Source: Ostreococcus lucimarinus (lineage: Eukaryota). From it: 64,000 bases of DNA. Below, in pieces: positions 10,319 through 21,400 of this stretch. Position 1 is the first letter of the stretch; every line of letters begins with the position of its first letter. The notes beneath the pieces were generated by a model. It ran no database searches. It was not told where the DNA came from and saw only the letters and a program-made list of their open reading frames with translations. A program made the translations under genes and the position numbers. The DNA lies in the NCBI GenBank assembly GCA_000092065.1, contig CP000596.1. One strand, written 5' to 3'.

Positions 10319-12664
10319 TTACTCGTCGTCGTCGCCGTCGATTTGTGCCTCGCGAGCGATTTCGTCGTCCGATTCGAACAACGAACGGACCGCGGGAAGG
10401 AGTTTGGGGAGCGACGATAATCCGGCAAAATCGACGCTCATCAAATCGAACGCCACGGCCGTGCGCTCGGTGTAAGTCCCGTCAAAGATTGGGATTTTAG
10501 GGTATCGCTGCGAAAAATGCGTGAGAATGGTGCGATAGGCGCCGGCGTCGATGCCGGTTTGCACAGCCTCCTTGGTCGTCGAATGCCGCTTCTTCACGGC
10601 TTCTTCCTCCATACCGTTCTCGAACGTCGCTTCGTGGACGAGGAGCGTGGCGTCGCGCGCGGCCGCGACGAGACTCGGACACGGGCGAGTGTCACCAGAA
10701 TACACCATCGTCCATCCTCGCTTGCCGACGAGCTTGGCGCCGTACGCGTGCGCGCAGTGATGCACGGGTACGGCGACAATTTCGTCCAAATCTGATCCCA
10801 TGAGCGCGGTGCGCAGTCGCGCCACCTGTGGGCTCATCGTCTCGCTCGACCATTTATCCTGCGTCGTCTCGCTCAAGTCGATGAAATCACAGTGTAAGCG
10901 TTCGAGATCCTCGTAGTAGTCCAAGAAGCGGCGCAGCGCGCGAGGACCGACGACGGGAATGATTGGCGGCTCCACGCCGTCTCGACGAAAGATCTCGGCG
11001 CGAGCGGTGAGAATGCGCGGTAAACCGACGTGATGGTCGGCGTGAATGTGCGAGATCCACACCATTCTCATCTCTCGCAACTTTTCATCCACCGCGCTCG
11101 CGCCGAAGCGACGAATCATTTGCGCCAGCGATCCTTCGCCGGTGTCGAGCATGATGTTCCCTCGGTACCCTTCGCCGCCGAACTGCATGGAAAATCCCGA
11201 GACGTTGCGATACTTTGCCGGCACCGCAGATCCAGTGCCTAAGAATACGAGCTCGACGTCACCAGGTTTGAGCTTTCGCAAATATTCAGGCTCTGGAAGT
11301 TCCGCGCCCGGACGCGCCTCGGCGGACGGCGACGGCGGCGGGGTCGGTTTCATCGCCTCGTTCGCCAAGTCTATCGTCCTTTGCTCGATATCTCTACGAT
11401 GTACGAAGCCAGGCACGTATCTGGGCACCGCGCTCATGTCCGCTCCGGCGTTCTTCGTCGGAATCAGCGTAAACTTGAACATATTTTTCCCCGCCAAAGC
11501 GTTCGGGACGTCTGCGGGCACCCCGTCGCGCCGCTTGTCATCTTTTGAAGGCGACGGCGGGGGCGATCTCGGCACATTATTCTCTGGAAACACGGTCGCA
11601 CTGACTGCGTGCAGCCTGGCTTGAATTCTCGCCGACGACGCGAACACGGGAACGTCGTCCATGGCGTCGGAGTTGGCGAAGACGTGCGCCGCGTCTTTCG
11701 GCGCGCCGCCGAAGACGGATTTCACGAGCGCGGCGTACTCCTTCGTGGACACAATCGCCGCGCTGGCCAAGTGCACGACGACGCTCAAGTCTGATAGTTC
11801 GCCGAAGAGCTCGCCGCCGCGAGTCGTCGCCTCGCGCACGTGCGCCGTCGTGGGCGCGTCGAACACGACGACGCGCGGTCCCGGTTGCTCCGGTCCGACG
11901 CACATCTCCGGCGACACCACCGAACCGTCGTCCAGCGTGATCGACTCCCCCCGCACCAACCGCCCGCGCTGCGGCCCGTTCGGCACGCCTAATTCCACCG
12001 CCGCCCGCATGTCAAATTTTCCCGGTATCGCCGCCAACTTGACGTCGTAACTCGCCACCTCATCGCTCGCGTCCTCGTCCGCTCTCGCGCGCTTCGCCGC
12101 GCGTCCCACCGCCGAATCCGTCCCGTCGTCCCTCGTCTCCCCCCCGAGCACGACGGCCGATATCGCCACCTTGCCGTCGTCCGCGACGACGCTCCGCGCG
12201 CGCCTCGCCGCGCCTCGCGTCGTCAGTTCCACCGCGCGTCCGCTCCCGAACAGCGTCCGCACCGCCCGCGTCAGCGCGCGCAACCGCCCGTCCGGTCCGC
12301 ACACCTCGACGCGCCTTCGCTCGACGCCCGCGTCGAGCCCCCGCCGCGTCTCCGCCTCGTCGCTCATCGTGAGCAGCGTCCCGACCAACCCGCCCGCCGC
12401 GCGCGAGTCCGCGCGCGTCAGCAGCACCCGCTCGCATCGTTTCAGCGCCTTGACGCGTCGCTCGACGCACAATCGCTGAAATCCCTCGCCGACGTTGAAG
12501 ACGACGCGCGCGTCATCCGTGCACAGCAGCACCGACGCGCACGTCGCGTCGCGCGCGTCCGCGCCGGGGTGCAGCACCTGGACGTACGCGCCGCCGACGC
12601 GTCGCGCGCGCGACGGACCCGACATGCGCCGCGCGAGCGTCTCGACGACGCGCCGCGTCGACAT
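10319..12664 (-). CDS. TRZ: tRNase Z long form (RNase ZL / ELAC2-like tRNA 3' endonuclease).
   Basis: The C-terminal metallo-beta-lactamase domain has the HxHxDH motif (WISHIHADHHVGL) and a tRNase Z C-terminal region (HFSQRYPKIPIF). The N-terminal half is a degenerate pseudo-MBL domain, typical of ELAC2. Confidence 0.85.
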   Translation of the reverse strand: MSTRRVVETLARRMSGPSRARRVGGAYVQVLHPGADARDATCASVLLCTDDARVVFNVGEGFQRLCVERRVKALKRCERVLLTRADSRAAGGLVGTLLTMSDEAETRRGLDAGVERRRVEVCGPDGRLRALTRAVRTLFGSGRAVELTTRGAARRARSVVADDGKVAISAVVLGGETRDDGTDSAVGRAAKRARADEDASDEVASYDVKLAAIPGKFDMRAAVELGVPNGPQRGRLVRGESITLDDGSVVSPEMCVGPEQPGPRVVVFDAPTTAHVREATTRGGELFGELSDLSVVVHLASAAIVSTKEYAALVKSVFGGAPKDAAHVFANSDAMDDVPVFASSARIQARLHAVSATVFPENNVPRSPPPSPSKDDKRRDGVPADVPNALAGKNMFKFTLIPTKNAGADMSAVPRYVPGFVHRRDIEQRTIDLANEAMKPTPPPSPSAEARPGAELPEPEYLRKLKPGDVELVFLGTGSAVPAKYRNVSGFSMQFGGEGYRGNIMLDTGEGSLAQMIRRFGASAVDEKLREMRMVWISHIHADHHVGLPRILTARAEIFRRDGVEPPIIPVVGPRALRRFLDYYEDLERLHCDFIDLSETTQDKWSSETMSPQVARLRTALMGSDLDEIVAVPVHHCAHAYGAKLVGKRGWTMVYSGDTRPCPSLVAAARDATLLVHEATFENGMEEEAVKKRHSTTKEAVQTGIDAGAYRTILTHFSQRYPKIPIFDGTYTERTAVAFDLMSVDFAGLSSLPKLLPAVRSLFESDDEIAREAQIDGDDDE

Positions 12665-12706
12665 GTGACGAAGACGCGCGCGTCGCGACGCATCGCGACG
12701 CGCGCG

Positions 12707-13711
12707 ATGCGGCGCGCGCTCAGCGCGCGACGCACGAAGGCGCGCGCGGTGACGCCGCGCTGCGACGCGTCGCGCGTCGCGCGACTCGCGACGGGACGCG
12801 TCGTGTCGCGCGTCGGATTCGGCACCGCGGCGTGGGGCGACGAGACGCGCGGGTTCGGGACGCGCTACCGCGAGCGCGACCTCGCGGCGGCGCTATCGCG
12901 CGCGCTCGAGCGAGGCGTCACGTTCGTCGACACCGCGGAGACGTACGGGGCAAGCGCGCGGGCGTTCGAACAGGGCGCGGAGGAGATGGTGAGACGCGCG
13001 AGGACGACGGCGAGGCGAGACGACGCGCGAGACGACGCGTTCGTCGGAACGAAAGTGTTGACGGTGCCGTGGACGAACGTGAGCGCGGGAGGGGACGTGC
13101 GATCGACGACGAAGAGCTTGGTGGACGCGATCGAGGCGTCGGTGGGGAGGAACGGGGGGGAGGCGTACGATTTGGTGTCGATTCATTTTCCGTTTCCGAC
13201 GTGGACGCAGAGCGCGCTGTGCGACGCGCTCGCGGAGGCGACGGAGCGAGGGCTGTGTCGGGCGGTGGGGGTGAGTAATTACGACGTAAGGCAGATGACG
13301 GAGGCGCATGGGTTGTTGGCGAAGCGTGGGATCGCGTTGGCGACGAATCAGGTGAAATATTCCGTGCTCGATCGAGGCGCCGAAAAGAGCGGGGTGCTCG
13401 CCGCGGCGCGGGATTTAGACGTCGCCGTCGTGGCGTATTCGCCCTTGAGCGGTGGGGCGCTGCGGACGAGCGCGGACCCGGAGATTCGCACGTTGGACAA
13501 GTTGCTCGAGTTCATCGGCGCCGTCAACGGTGGTTGGACGTCGGCGCAGGTGGCGTTGAACTATCTCGTCCGCAAGGGCGCGATTCCGATTCCGAGTTGT
13601 ACGAGCGTCGCGCGCGCCGACGCCATCGCGGACGTCCTCGAATTCGAGCTCGGCGTCGAAGACATCGAGACTATCGATGAAAAAATGGATTACATCGAAC
13701 GCAAGTCGTGA
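12707..13711 (+). CDS. Aldo/keto reductase family oxidoreductase, probably organelle-targeted.
   Basis: AKR signatures (GFGTAAWGD, VTFVDTAETYG, VGVSNY, AYSPLSGG). Start taken at MRRALSARR (12707). The ORF extends upstream but would overlap the tRNase Z start. Confidence 0.8.
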   Translation: MRRALSARRTKARAVTPRCDASRVARLATGRVVSRVGFGTAAWGDETRGFGTRYRERDLAAALSRALERGVTFVDTAETYGASARAFEQGAEEMVRRARTTARRDDARDDAFVGTKVLTVPWTNVSAGGDVRSTTKSLVDAIEASVGRNGGEAYDLVSIHFPFPTWTQSALCDALAEATERGLCRAVGVSNYDVRQMTEAHGLLAKRGIALATNQVKYSVLDRGAEKSGVLAAARDLDVAVVAYSPLSGGALRTSADPEIRTLDKLLEFIGAVNGGWTSAQVALNYLVRKGAIPIPSCTSVARADAIADVLEFELGVEDIETIDEKMDYIERKS

Positions 13712-13810
13712 CGGTGAATATTTTGCGCTCGTTCGTTTTTTAGCTTTTTAAATCGCGTTGTTTTTGTACATGAAATTTCGTCTCAATCGAATTCGTCGAC
13801 GACGCCTTCG

Positions 13811-15289
13811 TCACGCGCAGTGCATTCGCGACACCGCGGCGGATAACCCCGTGCTCGATTTCTCTAGGTCGCCCAACGGACTGCGTCGCTCGATGAGTTC
13901 GTCGAAACTCATCTCCACGGTTTCGCCGTCGAACGCGCGCGGCGAATTTCCTTCCGAGCCTTGGAGGTAATCGAGCAGCTTTGCGCCGCCGGTTTGCGCG
14001 TGAATCGCTTCGCGGCCGCCTTCGTCGAGCGCGAGCACACTCAGCACACTGAGCGCGTCGTCGCGCGACGTGGCGCACCCTTCGCGCGCGAGCGCCATCA
14101 GTCGCGCGGTGACTCGATTCGTCATGTGCTCGCGGTTGCTCGGTTGCCACGCGAGCGCCCACAGCGCGAGCGCCGCGTCCGCCGCGGCGGGCTCGAGACT
14201 GTGCCGAAGCTCCAGGAGCGAGCTCAAAAGATCAATCATATCGTGAAAAAAATTCAGCCCACCGAGCGAGGACGCGGTGCCGTTCGCGTTCGCGAGCTTT
14301 TCCGCCATCGTCAACTCTTCGCGATCGCGGCGCGCCGAGGCCGAGTCCGAGTCCGAGTACCACCCGTCGTTCTGCGTCGTTCCGTTCATCGCCGACGCGC
14401 CGGCGTCGACGCCCGCGACGCTTCGCAGCGCGGCGAGCGACGCGTTGCGCTGTCGCTCCCCGCCCAGCGCGGCGGTGACGAGCGGTAACACCGCGCCGCA
14501 TCGCGCCACCGCCCTTCGGCCCGTCGCGCCCGAGCTCGCGATTCTTCCGAGCGCCGCGCTCGCCTCCCCGTGCGCCACCGTCGCCTCGCTCATCAGCACC
14601 TCCACCACGCTTCGCACCGCGGACTCCGTCGTCAAATCTAGCGCGCTCGGATCGCTCGAGATCGGAAACAGCGCCCTCGAATCGTACGCATCGCTTCGTC
14701 CGCTCAACCGCCGCAGCGCGTCCGCCGCGAATCGCGCCGTCTCGCTCGCCTCTCCCGTCTCCTCGCTCGCCGCTCGCGCGCACGCCTCGCTCAAATTTCC
14801 CAACACTCCGGACCTTATCATCATCTGGCACACGTCCGACGAGCTCGCCATCGCGCCCAGCGCTCTCGCCGCGTCCGCGCTCGTCCGTCCCGCGCCGTCT
14901 TCGTCCCGCAGCCTTTGCGCCAGCGCCGGGACGGCGCCCGCGCGCGCCGCGCGCCGCAGCGCGTCGTCGTTCGCCTTCAGCAGCGACAGCGCTCGAAGCG
15001 CGCCGACCTTGTCTTGCAACCCGACGTTTCGGACGACGACGGAGATGAGCGCGACGAGCATGGCGCCGCGCGGCGTCTTCGTGAACGGCGCGGCGGGACC
15101 TTCGGCGTCGACGCACAGGTTTCGGAGTTGGCGCACGGCGTCGGCGCCGTCCGGCGTCGACGCGCGCGCGCGCTGGACGAGGGCGTCGAGCGCGCGCGCG
15201 TCGTCCGTCATGTCGAGTCGACCCCGTCGACGCGCCGCGGTGACGTCGCGGGCGTCGAGGAGTGACGCGTCCACGCGAGTGGCGAGCAA
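13811..15289 (-). CDS. Hypothetical armadillo/HEAT-repeat-like protein.
   Basis: Repeated helical A/L-rich units (e.g. GAVPALAQRLRDED, GVLGNLSEACARAA). No catalytic motif. Confidence 0.4.
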   Translation of the reverse strand: MLATRVDASLLDARDVTAARRRGRLDMTDDARALDALVQRARASTPDGADAVRQLRNLCVDAEGPAAPFTKTPRGAMLVALISVVVRNVGLQDKVGALRALSLLKANDDALRRAARAGAVPALAQRLRDEDGAGRTSADAARALGAMASSSDVCQMMIRSGVLGNLSEACARAASEETGEASETARFAADALRRLSGRSDAYDSRALFPISSDPSALDLTTESAVRSVVEVLMSEATVAHGEASAALGRIASSGATGRRAVARCGAVLPLVTAALGGERQRNASLAALRSVAGVDAGASAMNGTTQNDGWYSDSDSASARRDREELTMAEKLANANGTASSLGGLNFFHDMIDLLSSLLELRHSLEPAAADAALALWALAWQPSNREHMTNRVTARLMALAREGCATSRDDALSVLSVLALDEGGREAIHAQTGGAKLLDYLQGSEGNSPRAFDGETVEMSFDELIERRSPLGDLEKSSTGLSAAVSRMHCA

Positions 15290-15404
15290 GGGCGACTCGG
15301 CGACTCATATTTTACAAAAGAATTGCGCTACGCTCGCGACGAGCGATGCGGGCGTCGTCGCGGTGCGTCGTCCAGATCGACCGCGCGCGGTTGACCTTCG
15401 TTAT

Positions 15405-16377
15405 TTACGTCTCGTCCGCGGTCAAGTTGGCGTTCTTGTAGTTGACGGCGTATTCGCGAATGTTGCCGACGATGAAAAACGCGCCGCAGATGCGCACGGT
15501 GCGCGCGAAACCACCCTTGTATAACGCGCGAATACCGCCCGTTTTGTACGTTTCAGACAGAGCGTGCGTGGCGGAGGTGAATTTGGAGCCGCTCAAATCG
15601 CTCTGCATGAGCGTCTTCGACGTGTCGATCGGGTGCGTGAGGCCCGCGGCGAAGGTGCCCGCGAGCGACGCGCCCAGGACGCTCGAGGCGAAATCGCCCA
15701 AATTCGGTTGCGCTTCCTTGATCTTGTTCGTCAGCACCGGTCCGAGACCGAGGTATCCCGCGGTGTAGATGCTCTCGCGCGCCGCGCACGACACCGTCCC
15801 TCGCCACATCTTCGCGAGACCTCCTTGTTTCACGACGGCGGCCACCGTCCCCCCCGGACCGAGGCCCATCTTTTGCTGTTGAATCACCGTCAAATCCACC
15901 GGCGAGTACAGCGCGCTCGACACCGCCCCCGCCGCCATGGCGCATCCAATTTGCTCCGCGTCGCTCATTCCTCGCTCACCGTTCGTGATGACGCGCTCGA
16001 TCGCCCCATTCACCGCCACCTGCGCCGCGGTGATGGGCGCCAGCGACGCCGCGTTCGCGAAGACGCCGCGGTACCATCCCGCGATCGACCGCGGCAGCGC
16101 TCTCGAGTCCTGCACGCAGATCTTAAACGTGATCAGCGGCACTGCGCGCGATTCGATCGCGGTCCCGTCAGTCTCCGCGCCGTCGTCGTCATCCGTCACA
16201 TCGCGCGACCGCCGTTATCCATTACATTAATCACATCGCGTCACTCGACCATCATCGCGCGTCTCGCGCCGTCGCCTCGCCTCGATCGTCGCACGCACTC
16301 TGCACGCACGTCTCCACGATCCCCCCGAACGCGCCCACGGCGAGATTCTCCGCGTCCGACAGCGGGACGCGCGCCAT
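15405..16377 (-). CDS. Mitochondrial carrier family (SLC25) protein, two exons: complement(join(15405..16141,16299..16377)).
   Basis: Three Px[DE]xx[KR] carrier signatures (PLITFKICVQ, PVDLTVIQQQ, PIDTSKTLMQ). Exon 1 MARVPLSDAENLAVGAFGGIVETCVQ supplies the missing first transmembrane helix. GTGCGT donor; the 157-nt intron has a CTGACGG branch 25 nt before CGCGCAG. Confidence 0.75.
16142..16298 (-). other. Inferred spliceosomal intron of the mitochondrial carrier gene (157 nt).
   Basis: GTGCGT donor, CTGACGG branch, CAG acceptor. The splice joins GIVETCVQ to MPLITFKICVQ, recreating the carrier helix 1 plus signature. Confidence 0.65.
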
Positions 16378-16635
16378 GACGACCGCGCGACGCGTTTTCG
16401 CGCGTCTCCCCGTCGCGCGCAAGGCCCCTTGCCGCGACGCGATGGTCGATCGCGATGTTCGATCGATCGAGCGCGACGTCGACGCGAACCTCGATCGAGG
16501 TTCGCGTCGCGGCCGTCGATCGACGCGGTGAGGTTCGCGCGATCGACGGCGTGGGCGTCGATCGACGCCGGCGTCGACCGACGGCGGCGGCGGCGCGCGC
16601 GCGGCGACAGTGCGCGCGCGCGAATCCCGATCGCG

Positions 16636-18270
16636 ATGTCGACGACGACGACGACGACGCGCGCGAGGGAGGGAAAGGCGCGGAAGCGCGACGCGGCGCG
16701 GGAGACGGAGACGGACGAGGCGCGCGCGCGACGTCGCGCGGCGAAGAAGGCGAAGAAGGCGAAGAGGGCGACGTCGGCGGCGACCGACGCGAGGGCGACG
16801 GCGGGGTCGGAGAGCGCGTCGATCGAGGCGCCGAAGACGCCGACGCTGAAACGAATCGCGTCCAAGGAAGACTTTCGAAGGGAACACGCGATCGAGATTC
16901 GGAACGCGTGCGAGAGGACGCGGGATTTGGAACCGTTTACGACGTTCGACGAGGCGGCGTTTCCGAAACCGCTGCGAGCGGCGCTGAAAGCGCAGGGATA
17001 CGACGCGCCGACGCCGATTCAGGCGGAAGCGTGGCCGATATTGCTGAAGGGGAAGGATGTGGTGGCGATCGCGAAGACGGGGTCGGGGAAGACGTGTGGG
17101 TTTTTGTTGCCGGCGCTGGCGAGCATCGTGGCGAGAGGATCGCAAAAGGCGCCGGAGATGCAGTTGCTCGATGGACGATGGCGTCCGGGGGCGGTGACGC
17201 CGACGGTCATCGTGTTAGCGCCAACGCGGGAGTTGGCGATTCAAATCCACGACGAGTGCGCGAAGTTTTGCCCCGCCGCGGGGTGCCGCTCGGCGGTGCT
17301 CTACGGCGGCGCCGCCAAGGGCGATCAGTTGCGCGCGTTGCGTTCGGGCGCCGACGTCGTCGTCGCCACGCCCGGGCGATTGAACGATTTTCTTGAACCA
17401 CCCCCGGGATTCACCGCGCCCGTGAGCGCGGTGAAGGCGTCGTACGTCGTCCTCGACGAGGCGGATCGAATGTTGGACATGGGATTTGAGCCGCAGATTA
17501 AAAAGATTTTCAAGCTCTGCCCGTCGGCGCGTCAGACGGTGATGTTCACCGCGACGTGGCCGAAAGCGGTGCAAAAGATTGCAGACTCTTTCACGACGAA
17601 GCCGATTCACATTCAAATCGGTAGCGGCGGCGATAAACTCACGGCGAATAAGTCGATTACGCAAACCGTCGAAGTACTCGAGGAGGAGGAAAAGTTTGAC
17701 CGTTGCGTCGCCATCCTGAAGAAGGAGCTCGGTAAGGACGACACGTGCATTATGTTTGCCGGCACAAAGCGTCGATGCGATTTTTTGGACCGCAGATTGA
17801 AGCAGTCTGGGTTTTCCTCCGCCGGCGCTATTCACGGCGACAAGGACCAATACGAGCGCGAGATGGTCCTCGACAACTTTCGTCGCGGTCGTGGCAATAT
17901 TCTCGTCGCCACTGACGTCGCTGCGCGTGGTTTAGACATTCCTGGCGTCGCAGCGGTTCTCGTGTACGATTTTCCGCTCCAAGTGGAGGATTACGTGCAC
18001 AGAATCGGTCGCACCGGACGCGCCGGGAAGGAGGGCAAGGCGTTCACCTTCTTCACTAAAGATAACCGTGGCGCCGCAAACGAGCTCATCGATATCCTCC
18101 AAGGAGCCGGACAAACCGTACCTTTGGCGCTCCAAGCGATGCAGCGCAAGGGCGGCGGCGGCGGAGGCGGCCGCGGTTGGTCGGGCGGCCGAGGCCGAGG
18201 CGGCGGCCGAGGCCGAGGCGGCGGTCGAGGAGGCGGCGGCAGATTCTCGCGCGGCAACAAAAAGTGGTGA
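16636..18270 (+). CDS. DBP2: DEAD-box ATP-dependent RNA helicase (DDX5/Dbp2-like) with a C-terminal RGG/GAR tail.
   Basis: Q motif and motif I (PTPIQAEAWPILLKGKDVVAIAKTGSGKT), DEAD (VLDEADRM), SAT (TATWP) and HRIGRTGRAG. The terminal GGGRGRGGGRGRGGGRGGGG tract is typical of the p68/Dbp2 subfamily. Start at MSTTTTTT (16636). Confidence 0.9.
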   Translation: MSTTTTTTRAREGKARKRDAARETETDEARARRRAAKKAKKAKRATSAATDARATAGSESASIEAPKTPTLKRIASKEDFRREHAIEIRNACERTRDLEPFTTFDEAAFPKPLRAALKAQGYDAPTPIQAEAWPILLKGKDVVAIAKTGSGKTCGFLLPALASIVARGSQKAPEMQLLDGRWRPGAVTPTVIVLAPTRELAIQIHDECAKFCPAAGCRSAVLYGGAAKGDQLRALRSGADVVVATPGRLNDFLEPPPGFTAPVSAVKASYVVLDEADRMLDMGFEPQIKKIFKLCPSARQTVMFTATWPKAVQKIADSFTTKPIHIQIGSGGDKLTANKSITQTVEVLEEEEKFDRCVAILKKELGKDDTCIMFAGTKRRCDFLDRRLKQSGFSSAGAIHGDKDQYEREMVLDNFRRGRGNILVATDVAARGLDIPGVAAVLVYDFPLQVEDYVHRIGRTGRAGKEGKAFTFFTKDNRGAANELIDILQGAGQTVPLALQAMQRKGGGGGGGRGWSGGRGRGGGRGRGGGRGGGGRFSRGNKKW

Positions 18271-18416
18271 TCGTCTTCGCGTCCCATTCATTCCGCATTA
18301 TTATATTCGTGTATTGAAATCGTAGTGTATTCGTTCCGCTCGAGAAACGGCGTCGCTCTTCGGCCGCTTCGACCTCGCCCCGGCGCCGTCCCCACAATCG
18401 GACGCGTCGGTCCGTC

Positions 18417-21400
18417 ATGCGCGCCGAAGCCGCGTCGCACGCGACAGCGCGAGAGCACATCGTGCGCGCGCGTCCACACCGCGCGCGTCGAGCGCCGGCG
18501 CGCACAGCTGCGCCATCGTCGTCGCGAATTCGTTCCGTGCGCGAGCCCAACTTGGATAGCGCAGACCGCGAAGAAATCGCCTCAAACGACGCGCTCAGGC
18601 GCGCTCGCGGCGAGACGAGCACGTCGAACGATGACGAGTCAACGATCGCGTCGTTTGTCGCGAGCGCAGGGGCTCGAGAGACGATAGATTTAGGCGCGCG
18701 CGCGTCGTTGGCTGCTGGATGGGACGCTCTGGCGAGACGAGTGCGAGACGCGCGGCGAGACGCCGATCGAATGCCGGCGTGCAAGTTTGACAGCGGGTGC
18801 TTGCGGTTCGTGATCGATGTGCCGCGAGACGCGCGGGCGCTGCGATGGGTGAGCGAGGTGAGCGGGAAGGTGAGGAGTGGAACGCCGGCGTTTTATTGGT
18901 CGCCACGAGCGAAGACGGCGAGCGGAAGCGCGGTGGGCAAGGGCGGATCAGCGTCGAAGGAGACGGCGATGGAAACGACGAGGAGTGATAAGTTGGATTT
19001 TGACGCCGCACGCGGGTCGCGCGCGGGTTTTGGGTCGTGCGCGACGTGGACGGACGCAGGGAACGAGGACGAGACGTCATTTCGGCGGCGCATCGCTTCG
19101 ATGCGGAGGTTTCTAAGCGAGCATAAAGACGCTCGTGCGGGGTCTCGAGTGTATGGCGCCGGAAGGTTCGATCCTGGTCGCGCGCCCGAGGAGGAGTGGG
19201 CGTCGTTCGGGACGCATTATTTCTTTTTGCCCACGCTCGAAGTCGTGGAGGGCGTCAAGAGCGCCACGTTGACGGTTTCCGTGGCGTGGGACGCGCGCGG
19301 TGAAGAAAACTGCGGTCCATCGGCCAAGTCACTCGTCCAAGCGCTTGATGATGCGTGCGAGACGCTCAAGCGCTCAATGGGTGTCGAAAAGAGTTCAAAC
19401 AAGGCGTTACCCCCGGGCGCGGCGCACGTCGTCGACCGTGCGCTGGTGCCCGATCAAGACGGATGGTCCAAAGACGTGTCCTCCGTCATCAGCCGCATTA
19501 GAGTATCGCGAGCATCCGTGAGCGCTAGCGTGCGGGACAAAGAGGATGCCTGGATCGACTTAGGGAGCAGCTTTGACGAATCAGATTCGCCAGATGTGCG
19601 AACGGCGTTAGAATCGCTTGGTCGCGCGGCTGGAGTCGAAGCCCCGAGCGCGGTTCTCGATCAATTCGAAGCGATGACGATGGCCATGGATGGCGGACTG
19701 TACAAAGATGACTCAACAATGGAGGGCATGGTCGACGCTTTGCTTCTCGGCGGTGAAACCGTCGATCCGTTACGAAAAGTCGTCTTGGCGCGGAGAAGCA
19801 AGCTCAACCTGAACACGCCTGTGGATACTTTTGCCTTGGTCTCGAGGCTGCAATCTCGAGATCCAGATGCGTATCAATTCGTTTTAAGACACCCCAACGG
19901 TGAGACCTTCCTAGGTTCGACGCCTGAGCGCTTGTTCTTATGTCAAGGGGGTCGCGCGGTGAGTGAAGCCGTGGCTGGCACGCGCGCCAGAGGCGCCGAC
20001 GACGGTGAAGACGCGGCTTTGGCGTATGACATGCTTCTGTCGCCCAAGGAGCACGAAGAGTTTGCAATCGTGCGTGAAGAAGTTCGTCGTGCACTGGGCG
20101 ATGTCGCCGACGGTGGAAATGATGGCGTGGAAGTTGAGCTTGAAAAAGGTATCTTGCGCAACGTTACCGTGCAACATTTATACTCGCGTCTCTCTGCGCC
20201 CTTGGCCAGCGGCAAGACAGAGGCTGATTTACTCGATGCGCTGCATCCCACGCCCGCGGTGTGTGGATACCCGCGCAAAGCTGCGCTAGACACGCTTCGT
20301 GCGGTGGAGTCGTTCGATCGCGGACTTTACTCGGGACCGCTCGGGTGGATAAGCGCGGATGGCGCTGAATTCGCCGTCGCCATTCGTTCAGCGCTGGTGC
20401 ACCCCGACGGTGATGAGGTGTCTTTGTACGCGGGCGTCGGTGTCGTCGGTTCCGCCAACGCGCAATCCGAATGGCACGAATTGAACTTGAAGACAAAACC
20501 CCTCGAGTCACTTCTTGCGCCGGTGACACCGCTCGCGAGCTTGCCAAATCCCAACGCAGCGTGGGCAACGATATTGATCGGTGAGCTCGTACGCGGCGGC
20601 GTGACGACATTCTGTATCGCTCCTGGAAGTCGTTCGACGCCTCTCGCACTTGCGGCTGAGAAACACGTCGAAGCAAACGTGGTCGTGTGTATTGACGAAC
20701 GTTCTCTTGGGTTTTATGCATTGGGATACGCAAAAGGCGCGGCCCAGCCCGCTGCGGTGATTTGCAGCAGCGGCACGGCTGTGGCTAATTTACTGCCATC
20801 CGTCGTCGAAGCGTCAGAAAGCTCAACCCCGTTATTATTACTCACCGCAGATCGACCGTATGAGTTGCGCCACACTGGTGCGAATCAAACGATTGACCAG
20901 GTGAAAATTTTTGGTTCGTACGCTCGATTCAACGCCGACTTGGCTCCACCCGGAGACGGCGCGCCTGCGCGCGCCTGCGCCACCATGGCTGCGACGGCGC
21001 TTCGATATTTGAGAGGAACGAACCCTGGACCGGTGCACCTAAACTGTGCTTTTCGCGAACCGCTCGGTCCGCAACGTGTGGACTGGGACTCAGCGGCTGC
21101 GCTTAAGGGGTTGGAGAAATGGGAAGAGTCGTCGACGCAGTTCACCATTGGCAATGCCACCGCAGGAACGATGCACGACGGCGGCGCCTGGCAAGCAGCG
21201 CTATCTCAAATCGCAAACGCTAAGCGCGGATTGCTAGTAGTTGGAAGTGGCTCGTCTGCAGCGGACTCAATCGCGGCGACTGCGATCGCTAAAACGCTGG
21301 GCTGGGCTGTCGCCGCCGACGCCACGAGCGGTATTCGCGTGGGCGCGGGTGAGGATGAATCCGTGCGTAAGATTCCTATGATCGATTACGTATTGGTGGA

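Noticed and set aside
14232-18784. Numerous antisense or overlapping ORFs (for example 14232..15308 minus, 16252..17145 minus, 17215..17850 minus, 18086..18784 minus, and the 2250..2717 and 3288..3974 series).
   Set aside because: They lie opposite or out of frame to strongly supported genes (ARM protein, helicase, PHYLLO, eIF4B). They translate to poly-R/A/G low-complexity strings.
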